Below, in pieces: positions 51,201 to 64,000 of a stretch of DNA of 64,000 nt (position 1 is the stretch's first letter; every line of letters begins with the position of its first letter). The stretch is from Eledone cirrhosa (taxonomy: Eukaryota), in the NCBI GenBank assembly GCA_964016885.1, contig OZ024741.1, forward strand, positions 273,048,001 to 273,112,000, given 5' to 3'. The notes under the pieces are model-generated. The model made no database searches. It saw nothing but the letters and a program-made list of their open reading frames with translations, and was not told the origin of the DNA. A program made the position numbers and the translations under genes.

Positions 51201-54200
51201 GAACAAAAACAACAACAGCCACTGTACAGATGCCTACCAGACTAGAGTGACAGGTCTGTATCTGTCTCTCTCTATTCTGTTGTAACTACAACAACAACAA
51301 CAACAGCCACTGTACAGATGCCTACTAGACTAGAGTGACAGGTCTGTATCTGTCTCTCTCTCTTCTGTTGTAACTACAACAACAACAACAACAGCCACTG
51401 TACAGATGCCTACCAGACTAGAGTGACAGGTCTGTATCTGTCTCTCTCTCTTCTGTTGTAACTACAACAACAACAGCAACAGCTACTGTACAGATGCCTA
51501 CCAGACTAGAGTGACAGGTCTGTATCTGTCTCTCTCTCTCTTCTGTTGTAACTACAACTACAACAACAGCCACTGTACAGATTCCTACCAGACTAGAGTG
51601 ACAGGTCTGTATCTGTCTCTCTCTCTCTCTTCTGTTGTAACTACAACAAAAACAACAACAGCCACTGTACAGATGCCTACCAGACTAGAGTGACAGGTCT
51701 GTATCTGTCTCTCTCTCTCTCTTCTGTTGTAACTACAACAACAACAACAACAGCCACTGTACACATGCCTACCAGACTAGAGTGACAGGTCTGTATCTGT
51801 CTCTCTCTCTCTTCTGTTGTAACTACAACAACAACAACAGCCACTGTACAGATGCCTACCAGACTAGAGTGACAGGTCTGTATCTGTCTCTCTCTCTTCT
51901 GTTGTAACTACAACAACAACAACAACAGCCACTGTACAGATGCCTACCAGACTAGAGTGACAAGTCTGTATCTGTCTCTCTTCTGTTGTAACTACAACTA
52001 CAACAACAACAGCCACTGTACAGATGCCTACCAGACTAGAGTGACAGGTCTGTATCTGTCTCTCTCTCTCTTCTGTTGTAACTACAACAACAACAACAAC
52101 AGCCACTGTACAGATGCCTACCAGACTAGAGTGACAGGTCTGTATCTGTCTCTCTCTCTCTCTTCTGTTGTAACTACAACTACAACAGCCACTGTACAGA
52201 TGCCTACCAGACTAGAGTGACAGGTCTGTATCTGTCTCTCTCTCTCTCTTCTGTTGTAACTACAACTACAACAACAACAGCCACTGTACAGATGCCTACC
52301 AGACTAGAGTGACAGGTCTGTATCTGTCTCTCTCTCTCTCTCTTCTGTTGTAACTACAACTACAACAACAACAGCCACTGTACAGATGCCTACCAGACTA
52401 GAGTGACAGGTTGTATCTGTCTCTCTCTCTCTTCTGTTGTAACTACAACAACAACAGCCACTGTACAGATGCCTACCAGACTAGAGTGACAGGTCTGTAT
52501 CTGTCTCTGTCTCTCTCTTCTGTTGTAACTACAACTACAACAACAACAGCCACTGTACAGATGCCTACCAGACTAGAGTGACAGGTCTGTATCTGTCTCT
52601 CTCGTCTGTTGTAACTACAACAACAACAACAACAACGACAACATCCACTGTACAGATGCCTACCAGACTAGAGTGACACGTCTGTATCTGTCTCTCTCTC
52701 TCTCTTCTGTTGTAACTACAACAACAACAGCCACTGTACAGATGCCTACCAGACTAGAGTGACAGGTCTGTATCTGTCTCTCTCTCTCGTCTGTTGTAAC
52801 TACAACAAGAACAACAACAACAACATCCACTGTACAGATGCCTACCAGACTAGAGTGACAGGTCTGTATCTGTCTCTCTCTCTCTCTTCTGTTGTAACTA
52901 CAACAACAACAGCAACAGCCACTGTACAGATGCCTACCAGACTAGAGTGACAGGTCTGTATCTGTCTCTCTCGTCTGTTGTAACTACAACAACAACAACA
53001 ACAACGACAACATCCACTGTACAGATGCCTACCAGACTAGAGTGACACGTCTGTATCTGTCTCTCTCTCTCTCTTCTGTTGTAACTACAACAACAACAGC
53101 CACTGTACAGATGCCTACCAGACTAGAGTGACAGGTCTGTATCTGTCTCTCTCTCTCTTCTGTTCTAACTACAACTACAACAACAGCCACTGTACAGATG
53201 CCTACCAGAGTAGAGTGAGAGGTCTGCATCTGTCTCTCTCTTCTGTTGTAACTACAACAACAACAACAACAGCCACTGTACAGATGCCTACCAGACTAGA
53301 GTGAGAGGTCTGTATCTGTCTCTCTCTCTCTTCTGTTGTAACTACAACTACAACAACAACAGCCACTGTAGAGATGCCTACCAGACTAGAGTGACAGGTT
53401 TGTATCTGTCTCTCTCTCTCTTCTGTTGTAACTACAACTACAACAACAACATCCACTGTACAGATGCCTACCAGACTAGAGTGACAGGTTTGTATCTGTC
53501 TCTCTCTCTCTTCTGTTGTAACTACAACTACAACAACAACAGCCACTGTACAGATGCCTCCCAGACTAGAGTGACAGGTCTGTAACTGTCTCTCTCTCTC
53601 TTCTGTTGTAACTACAACTACAACAACAACAGCCACTGTACAGATGCCTACCAGACTAGAGTGACACGTCTGTATCTGTCTCTCTCTCTTCTGTTGTAAC
53701 TACAACAACAACAACAACAGCCACTGTACAGATGCCTACCAGACTAGAGTGACAGGTCTGTATGTGTCTCTCTCTCTCTTCTGTTGTAACTACAACTACA
53801 ACTACAACTACAACAACAACAACAGCCACTGTACAGATGCCTACCAGACTAGAGTGACAGGTCTGTATCTGTCTCTCTCTCTCTTCTGTTGTAACTACAA
53901 CTACAACAACAACAGCCACTGTACAGATGCCTACCAGACTAGAGTGACAGGTCTGTATCTGTCTCTCTCTCTCTCTTCTGTTGTAACTACAACTACAACA
54001 ACAACAGCCACTGTACAGATGCCTACCAGACTAGAGTGACAGGTTGTATCTGTCTCTCTCTCTCTTCTGTTGTAACTACAACAACAACAACAACAACAGC
54101 CACTGTACAGATGCCTACCAGACTAGAGTGACAGGTCTGTATCTGTCTCTGTCTCTCTCTTCTGTTGTAACTACAACTACAACAACAACAGCCACTGTAC

Positions 54201-57200
54201 AGATGCCTACCAGACTAGAGTGACAGGTCTGTATCTGTTTTTCTCTTCTGTTGTAACTACAACAACAACAGCCACTGTACAGATGCCTACCAGACTAGAG
54301 TGACAGGTCTGTATCTGTCTCTCTCTCTCGTCTGTTGTAACTACAACAACAACAACAACAACAACATCCACTGTACAGATGCCTACCAGACTAGAGTGAC
54401 AGGTCTGTATCTGTCTCTCTCTCTCTCTTCTGTTGTAACTACAACAACAACAGCAACAGCCACTGTACAGATGCCTACCAGACTAGAGTGACAGGTCTGT
54501 ATCTGTCTCTCTCGTCTGTTGTAACTACAACAACAACAACAACAACGACAACATCCACTGTACAGATGCCTACCAGACTAGAGTGACACGTCTGTATCTG
54601 TCTCTCTCTCTCTCTCTTCTGTTGTAACTACAACAACAACAGCCACTGTACAGATGCCTACCAGACTAGAGTGACAGGTCTGTATCTGTCTCTCTCTCTC
54701 TTCTGTTGTAACTACAACTACAACTACAACAACAACAACAGCCACTGTACAGATGCCTACCAGACTAGAGTGACAGGTCTGTATCTGTCTCTCTCTCTCT
54801 TCTGTTCTAACTACAACTACAACAACAGCCACTGTACAGATGCCTACCAGAGTAGAGTGAGAGGTCTGCATCTGTCTCTCTCTTCTGTTGTAACTACAAC
54901 AACAACAACAACAGCCACTGTACAGATGCCTACCAGACTAGAGTGAGAGGTCTGTATCTGTCTCTCTCTCTCTTCTGTTGTAACTACAACTACAACAACA
55001 ACAGCCACTGTAGAGATGCCTACCAGACTAGAGTGACAGGTTTGTATCTGTCTCTCTCTCTCTTCTGTTGTAACTACAACTACAACAACAACATCCACTG
55101 TACAGATGCCTACCAGACTAGAGTGACAGGTTTGTATCTGTCTCTCTCTCTCTTCTGTTGTAACTACAACTACAACAACAACAGCCACTGTACAGATGCC
55201 TCCCAGACTAGAGTGACAGGTCTGTAACTGTCTCTCTCTCTCTTCTGTTGTAACTACAACTACAACAACAACAGCCACTGTACAGATGCCTACCAGACTA
55301 GAGTGACACGTCTGTATCTGTCTCTCTCTCTTCTGTTGTAACTACAACAACAACAACAACAGCCACTGTACAGATGCCTACCAGACTAGAGTGACAGGTC
55401 TGTATGTGTCTCTCTCTCTCTTCTGTTGTAACTACAACTACAACTACAACTACAACAACAACAACAGCCACTGTACAGATGCCTACCAGACTAGAGTGAC
55501 AGGTCTGTATCTGTCTCTCTCTCTCTTCTGTTCTAACTACAACTACAACAACAGCCACTGTACAGATGCCTACCAGACTAGAGTGAGAGGTCTGTATCTG
55601 TCTCTCTCTTCTGTTGTAACTACAACAACAACAACAACAGCCACTGTACAGATGCCTACCAGACTAGAGTGAGAGGTCTGTATCTGTCTCTCTCTCTCTC
55701 TTCTGTTGTAACTACAACTACAACAACAACAGCCACTGTACAGATGCCTACCAGACTAGAGTGAGAGGTCTGTATCTGTCTCTCTCTTCTGTTGTAACTA
55801 CAAAAACAACAACAAAAGCCACTGTACAGATGCCTACCAGACTAGAGTGAGAGGTCTGTATCTGTCTCTCTCTCTCTTCTGTTGTAACTACAACTACAAC
55901 AACAACAGCCACTGTAGAGATGCCTACCAGACTAGAGTGACAGGTCTGTATCTGTCTCTCTCTCTCTTCTGTTGTAACTACAACTACAACAACAACAGCC
56001 ACTGTACAGATGCCTACCAGACTAGAGTGAGAGGTCTGTATCTGTCTCTCTCATCTGTTGTAACTACAAAAACAACAACAAAAGCCACTGTACAGATGCC
56101 TACCAGACTAGAGTGACAGGTCTGTATCTGTCTCTCTCTCTCTCTTCTGTTGTAACTACAACAACAACAACAACAGCCACTGTACAGATGCCTACCAGAC
56201 TAGAGTGACAGGTCTGTATCTGTCTCTCTCTCTCTCTTCTGTTGTAACTACAACTACAACAACAACAGCCATTGTACAGATGCCTACCCGACTAGAGTGA
56301 CAGGTCTGTATCTGTCTCTCTCTTCTGTTGTAACTACAACTACAACAACAACAGCCACTGTACAGATGCCTACCAGACTAGAGTGACAGGTCTGTATCTG
56401 TCTCTCTCTTCTGTTGTAACTACAACTACAACAACAACAGCCACTGTACAGATGCCTACCAGACTAGAGTGACAGGTCTGTATCTGTCTCTCTCTTCTGT
56501 TGTAACTACAACTACAACAACAACAGCCACTGTACAGATGCCTACCAGACTAGAGTGACAGGTCTGTATCTGTCTCTCTCTCTCTTCTGTTCTAACTACA
56601 ACTACAACAACAGCCACTGTACAGATGCCTACCAGACTAGAGTGAGAGGTCTGTATCTGTCTCTCTCTTCTGTTGTAACTACAACTACAACAACAACAGC
56701 CACTGTACAGATGCCTACCAGACTAGAGTGACAGGTCTGTATCTGTCTCTCTCTCTCTCTCTTCTGTTGTAACTACAACTACAACAACAACAGCCACTGT
56801 ACAGATGCCTACCAGACTAGAGTGACAGGTCTGTATCTGTCTCTCTCTCTCTCTCTTCTGTTGTAACTACAACTACAACAACAACATTCACTGTACAGAT
56901 GCCTACCAGACGAGAGTGACAGGTCTGTATCTGTCTCTCTCTCTCTTCTGTTGTAACTACAACTACAACAACAACAGCCACTGTACAGATGCCTACCAGA
57001 CTAGAGTGACAAGTCTGTATCTGTCTCTCTCTCTCTTCTGTTGTAACTACAACTACAACAACAACAGCCACTGTACAGATGCCTACCAGACTAGAGTGAC
57101 AGGTCTGTATCTGTCTCTCTCTCTTCTGTTGTAACTACAACAACAACAACAACAACAACAGCCACTGTACAGATGCCTACCAGACTAGAGTGACAGGTCT

Positions 57201-60200
57201 GTATCTGTCTCTCTCTCTCTCTTCTGTTGTAACTAGAACAAAAACAACAACAGCCACTGTACAGATGCCTACCAGACTAGAGTGACAGGTCTGTATCTGT
57301 CTCTCTCTATTCTGTTGTAACTACAACAACAACAACAACAGCCACTGTACAGATGCCTACTAGACTAGAGTGACAGGTCTGTATCTGTCTCTCTCTCTTC
57401 TGTTGTAACTACAACAACAACAACAACAGCCACTGTACAGATGCCTACCAGACTAGAGTGACAGGTCTGTATCTGTCTCTCTCTCTTCTGTTGTAACTAC
57501 AACAACAACAGCAACAGCTACTGTACAGATGCCTACCAGACTAGAGTGACAGGTCTGTATCTGTCTCTCTCTCTCTTCTGTTGTAACTACAACTACAACA
57601 ACAGCCACTGTACAGATTCCTACCAGACTAGAGTGACAGGTCTGTATCTGTCTCTCTCTCTCTCTTCTGTTGTAACTACAACAACAACAACAACAACAGC
57701 CACTGTACTGATGCCTCCCAGACTAGAGTGACAGGTCTGTATCTGTCTCTCTCTCTCTCTTCTGTTGTAACTACAACAAAAACAACAACAGCCACTGTAC
57801 AGATGCCTACCAGACTAGAGTGACAGGTCTGTATCTGTCTCTCTCTCTCTCTTCTGTTGTAACTACAACAACAACAACAACAGCCACTGTACACATGCCT
57901 ACCAGACTAGAGTGACAGGTCTGTATCTGTCTCTCTCTCTCTTCTGTTGTAACTACAACAACAACAACAGCCACTGTACAGATGCCTACCAGACTAGAGT
58001 GACAGGTCTGTATCTGTCTCTCTCTCTTCTGTTGTAACTACAACAACAACAACAACAGCCACTGTACAGATGCCTACCAGACTAGAGTGACAAGTCTGTA
58101 TCTGTCTCTCTTCTGTTGTAACTACAACTACAACAACAACAGCCACTGTACAGATGCCTACCAGACTAGAGTGACAGGTCTGTATCTGTCTCTCTCTCTC
58201 TTCTGTTGTAACTACAACAACAACAACAACAGCCACTGTACAGATGCCTACCAGACTAGAGTGACAGGTCTGTATCTGTCTCTCTCTCTCTCTTCTGTTG
58301 TAACTACAACTACAACAGCCACTGTACAGATGCCTACCAGACTAGAGTGACAGGTCTGTATCTGTCTCTCTCTCTCTCTTCTGTTGTAACTACAACAACA
58401 ACAACAACAGCCACTGTACACATGCCTACCAGACTAGAGTGACAGGTCTGTATCTGTCTCTCTCTCTCTTCTGTTGTAACTACAACAACAACAACAGCCA
58501 CTGTACAGATGCCTACCAGACTAGAGTGACAGGTCTGTATCTGTCTCTCTCTCTCTTCTGTTGTAACTACAACAACAACAACAACAGCCACTGTACAGAT
58601 GCCTACCAGACTAGAGTGACAGGTCTGTATCTGTCTCTCTCTCTCTTCTGTTGTAACTACAACAACAACAACAACAGCCACTGTACAGATGCCTACCAGA
58701 CTAGAGTGACAGGTCTGTATCTGTCTCTCTCTCTCTCTTCTGTTGTAACTAGAACTACAACAACAACAGCCACTGTACAGATGCCTACCAGACTAGAGTG
58801 ACAGGTCTGTATCTGTCTCTCTCTCTCTCTTCTGTTGTAACTACAACTACAACAACAACAGCCACTGTACAGATGCCTACCAGACTAGAGTGACAGGTTG
58901 TATCTGTCTCTCTCTCTCTTCTGTTGTAACTACAACAACAACAACAACAACAGCCACTGTACAGATGCCTACCAGACTAGAGTGACAGGTCTGTATCTGT
59001 CTCTGTCTCTCTCTTCTGTTGTAACTACAACTACAACAACAACAGCCACTGTACAGATGCCTACCAGACTAGAGTGACAGGTCTGTATCTGTTTTTCTCT
59101 TCTGTTGTAACTACAACAACAACAGCCACTGTACAGATGCCTACCAGACTAGAGTGACAGGTCTGTATCTGTCTCTCTCTCTCGTCTGTTGTAACTACAA
59201 CAACAACAACAACAACAACATCCACTGTACAGATGCCTACCAGACTAGAGTGACAGGTCTGTATCTGTCTCTCTCTCTCTCTTCTGTTGTAACTACAACA
59301 ACAACAGCAACAGCCACTGTACAGATGCCTACCAGACTAGAGTGACAGGTCTGTATCTGTCTCTCTCGTCTGTTGTAACTACAACAACAACAACAACAAC
59401 GACAACATCCACTGTACAGATGCCTACCAGACTAGAGTGACACGTCTGTATCTGTCTCTCTCTCTCTCTTCTGTTGTAACTACAACAACAACAGCCACTG
59501 TACAGATGCCTACCAGACTAGAGTGACAGGTCTGTATCTGTCTCTCTCTCTCTTCTGTTGTAACTACAACTACAACTACAACAACAACAACAGCCACTGT
59601 ACAGATGCCTACCAGACTAGAGTGACAGGTCTGTATCTGTCTCTCTCTCTCTTCTGTTCTAACTACAACTACAACAACAGCCACTGTACAGATGCCTACC
59701 AGAGTAGAGTGAGAGGTCTGCATCTGTCTCTCTCTTCTGTTGTAACTACAACAACAACAACAACAGCCACTGTACAGATGCCTACCAGACTAGAGTGAGA
59801 GGTCTGTATCTGTCTCTCTCTCTCTTCTGTTGTAACTACAACTACAACAACAACAGCCACTGTAGAGATGCCTACCAGACTAGAGTGACAGGTTTGTATC
59901 TGTCTCTCTCTCTCTTCTGTTGTAACTACAACTACAACAACAACATCCACTGTACAGATGCCTACCAGACTAGAGTGACAGGTTTGTATCTGTCTCTCTC
60001 TCTCTTCTGTTGTAACTACAACTACAACAACAACAGCCACTGTACAGATGCCTCCCAGACTAGAGTGACAGGTCTGTAACTGTCTCTCTCTCTCTTCTGT
60101 TGTAACTACAACTACAACAACAACAGCCACTGTACAGATGCCTACCAGACTAGAGTGACACGTCTGTATCTGTCTCTCTCTCTTCTGTTGTAACTACAAC

Positions 60201-63200
60201 AACAACAACAACAGCCACTGTACAGATGCCTACCAGACTAGAGTGACAGGTCTGTATGTGTCTCTCTCTCTCTTCTGTTGTAACTACAACTACAACTACA
60301 ACTACAACAACAACAACAGCCACTGTACAGATGCCTACCAGACTAGAGTGACAGGTCTGTATCTGTCTCTCTCTCTCTTCTGTTCTAACTACAACTACAA
60401 CAACAGCCACTGTACAGATGCCTACCAGACTAGAGTGAGAGGTCTGTATCTGTCTCTCTCTTCTGTTGTAACTACAACAACAACAACAACAGCCACTGTA
60501 CAGATGCCTACCAGACTAGAGTGAGAGGTCTGTATCTGTCTCTCTCTCTCTCTTCTGTTGTAACTACAACTACAACAACAACAGCCACTGTACAGATGCC
60601 TACCAGACTAGAGTGAGAGGTCTGTATCTGTCTCTCTCTTCTGTTGTAACTACAAAAACAACAACAAAAGCCACTGTACAGATGCCTACCAGACTAGAGT
60701 GAGAGGTCTGTATCTGTCTCTCTCTCTCTTCTGTTGTAACTACAACTACAACAACAACAGCCACTGTAGAGATGCCTACCAGACTAGAGTGACAGGTCTG
60801 TATCTGTCTCTCTCTCTCTTCTGTTGTAACTACAACTACAACAACAACAGCCACTGTACAGATGCCTACCAGACTAGAGTGAGAGGTCTGTATCTGTCTC
60901 TCTCATCTGTTGTAACTACAAAAACAACAACAAAAGCCACTGTACAGATGCCTACCAGACTAGAGTGACAGGTCTGTATCTGTCTCTCTCTCTCTCTTCT
61001 GTTGTAACTACAACAACAACAACAACAGCCACTGTACAGATGCCTACCAGACTAGAGTGACAGGTCTGTATCTGTCTCTCTCTCTCTCTTCTGTTGTAAC
61101 TACAACTACAACAACAACAGCCATTGTACAGATGCCTACCCGACTAGAGTGACAGGTCTGTATCTGTCTCTCTCTCTCTTCTGTTGTAACTACAACTACA
61201 ACAACAACAGCCACTGTACAGATGCCTACCAGACTAGAGTGACAGGTCTGTATCTGTCTCTCTCTTCTGTTGTAACTACAACTACAACAACAACAGCCAC
61301 TGTACAGATGCCTACCAGACTAGAGTGACAGGTCTGTATCTGTCTCTCTCTTCTGTTGTAACTACAACTACAACAACAACAGCCACTGTACAGATGCCTA
61401 CCAGACTAGAGTGACAGGTCTGTATCTGTCTCTCTCTCTCTTCTGTTCTAACTACAACTACAACAACAGCCACTGTACAGATGCCTACCAGACTAGAGTG
61501 AGAGGTCTGTATCTGTCTCTCTCTTCTGTTGTAACTAGAACTACAACAACAACAGCCACTGTACAGATGCCTACCAGACTAGAGTGACAGGTCTGTATCT
61601 GTCTCTCTCTCTCTCTTCTGTTGTAACTACAACTACAACAACAACAGCCACTGTACAGATGCCTACCAGACTAGAGTGACAGGTCTGTATCTGTCTCTCT
61701 CTCTCTTCTGTTGTAACTACAACAACAACAACAACAGCCACTGTACAGATGCCTACCAGACTAGAGTGACAGGTCTGTATCTGTCTCTCTCTCTCTTCTG
61801 TTGTAACTACAACTACAACAACAACATCCACTGTACAGATGCCTACCAGACTAGAGTGACAGGTCTGTATCTGTCTCTCTCTCTCTTCTGTTGTAACTAC
61901 AACTACAACAACAACAGCCACTGTACAGATGCCTACCAGACTAGAGTGACAGGTCTGTATCTGTCTCTCTCTTCTGTTGTAACTACAACAACAACAACAA
62001 CAGCCACTGTACAGATGCCTACCAGACTAGAGTGACAGGTCTGTATCTGTCTCTCTCTCTCTTCTGTTGTAACTACAACTACAACAACAACAGCCACTGT
62101 ACAGATGCCTACCAGACTAGAGTGACAGGTCTGTATCTGTCTCTCTCTTCTGTTGTAACTACAACTACAACAACAACATCCACTGTACAGATACCTACCA
62201 GACTAGAGTGACAGGTCTGTATCTGTCTCTCTCTCTTCTGTTGTAACTACAACTACAACAACAACAGCCACTGTACAGATGCCTACCAGACTAGAGCGAC
62301 AGGTCTGTATCTGTCTCTCTCTCTCTGCTGTTGTAACTACAACAACAACAACAATAGCTACTGTACAAATGCCTACCAGACTAGAGTGACAGGTCTGGAT
62401 CTGTCTCTCTCTCTCTTCTGTTGTAACTACAACTACAACAACAACAGCCACTGTACAGATGCCTACCAGACTAGAGTGACAGGGCTGTATCTGCCTCTCT
62501 CTCTCTTCTGTTGTAACTACAACAACAACAACAACAGCCACTCTACAGATGCCTACCAGACTAGAGTGACAGGTCTGTATCTGTCTCTCTCTCTCTCTTC
62601 TGTTGTAACTACAACTACAACAACAACAGCCACTGTACAGATGCCTACCAGACTAGAGTGACAGGTCTGTAGCTGTCTCTCTTTCTCTTCTGTTGTAACT
62701 ACAACTACAACAACAACAGCCACTGTACAGATGCCTACCAGACTAGAGTGACAAGCCTGTATCTGTCTCTCTCTCTTCTGTTGTAACTACAACTACAACA
62801 ACAACATCCACTGTACAGATGCCTACCAGACTAGAGTGACACGTCTGTATCTGTCTCTCTCTCTCTCTTCTGTTGTAACTACAACTACAACAACAACAGC
62901 CACTGTACAGATGCCTACCAGACTAGAGTGACAGGTCTGTATCTGTCTCTCTCTCTTCTGTTGTAACTACAACAACAACAACAACAGCCACTGTACAGAT
63001 GCCTACCAGACTAGAGTGACAGGTCTGTATCTGTCTCTCTCTCTCTTCTGTTCTAACTACAACTACAACAACAGCCACTGTACAGATGCCTACCAGACTA
63101 GAGTGAGAGGTCTGTATCTGTCTCTCTCTTCTGTTGTAACTACAACAACAACAACAACAGCCACTGTACAGATGCCTACCAGACTAGAGTGAGAGGTCTG

Positions 63201-64000
63201 TATCTGTCTCTCTCTCTCTCTCTTCTGTTGTAACTACAACTACAACAACAACAACCACTGTACAGATGCCTACCAGACTAGAGTGAGAGGTCTGTATCTG
63301 TCTCTCTCTTCTGTTGTAACTACAACAACAACAACAACAGCCACTGTACAGATGCCTACCAGACTAGAGTGAGAGGTCTGTATCTGTCTCTCTCTCTCTT
63401 CTGTTGTAACTACAACTACAACAGCCACTGTACAGATGCCTACCAGACTAGAGTGACAGGTCTGTATCTGTCTCTCTCTCTCTTCTGTTGTAACTACAAC
63501 AACAACAACAACAACAGCCACTGTACAGATGCCTACCAGACTAGAGTGAAAGGTCTGTATCTGTCTCTCCCTCTCTCTTCTGTTGTAACTACAACTACAA
63601 CAACAACAGCCACTGTACAGATGCCTACCCGACTAGAGTGACAGGTCTGTATCTGTCTCTCTCTTCTTTTGTAACTACAACTACAACAACAACAGCCACT
63701 GTACAGATGCCTACCAGACTAGAGTGACAGGTCTGTATCTGTCTCTCTCTTCTGTTGTAACTACAACTACAACAACAACAGCCACTGTACAGATGCCTAC
63801 CAGACTAGAGTGACAGGTCTGTATCTGTCTCTCTCTTCTGTTGTAACTACAACTACAACAACAACAGCCACTGTACAGATGCCTACCAGATGAGAGTGAC
63901 AGGTCTGTATCTGTCTCTCTCTTCTGTTGTAACTACAACTACAACAACAACAGACACTGTACAGATGCCTCCCAGACTAGAGTGACAGGTCTGTATCTGT
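18296..64000. repeat. Intronic satellite array, ~92-bp unit, roughly 500 copies in window, runs off the end
   Basis: unit ccagactagagtgacaggtctgtatctg-(tc)n-ttctgttgtaactac-(aac/tac)n-agccactgtacagatgccta; head-to-tail; no insertions or inversions noticed. Confidence 0.98.

Noticed and set aside
18296-64000. CRISPR-like array (constant blocks with variable intervening segments)
   Set aside because: Variable parts are just microsatellite length variants, not unique spacers; eukaryotic context; no cas genes
18296-64000. Hundreds of short ORFs (MTGLYLSLSL.., MAVVVV..TEERER) as a repeat protein or exon array
   Set aside because: Frames shift with microsatellite length and stops are frequent; no properly ordered acceptor signals

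Overview
Eukaryotic, AT-rich, repeat-dense genomic DNA. The SINE/RTE/microsatellite landscape looks like an octopus (cephalopod) genome, but that is an inference. The window holds seven internal + strand exons (810-985, 6096-6178, 10655-10849, 14202-14335, 14934-15018, 17169-17366, 18158-18295). They splice in frame into about 336 aa of a STAND/NACHT-type NTPase of the NPHP3/TEP1/TTC41/DDB_G0287407-like group (Walker B VLVFDALNQLDD, ..STLPG.., NPLFL..LLDELR, FFHDYLRQAV); the gene begins before and continues beyond the window. Introns carry tRNA-derived SINEs, RTE and CR1-like LINE fragments, hAT/Tc1/piggyBac-type MITEs, and a Penelope-like GIY-YIG remnant with inverted pLTRs. At least five type-I hammerhead ribozyme motifs cluster at 9.1-12.6 kb, two on the host sense strand. 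A tandem array of duplicated splice acceptors precedes one exon. From the last donor (18296) to the window end lies a >45 kb satellite of ~92-bp units, each with two embedded variable microsatellites and arranged in kb-scale higher-order repeats. Most ORF-track entries are repeat artefacts.
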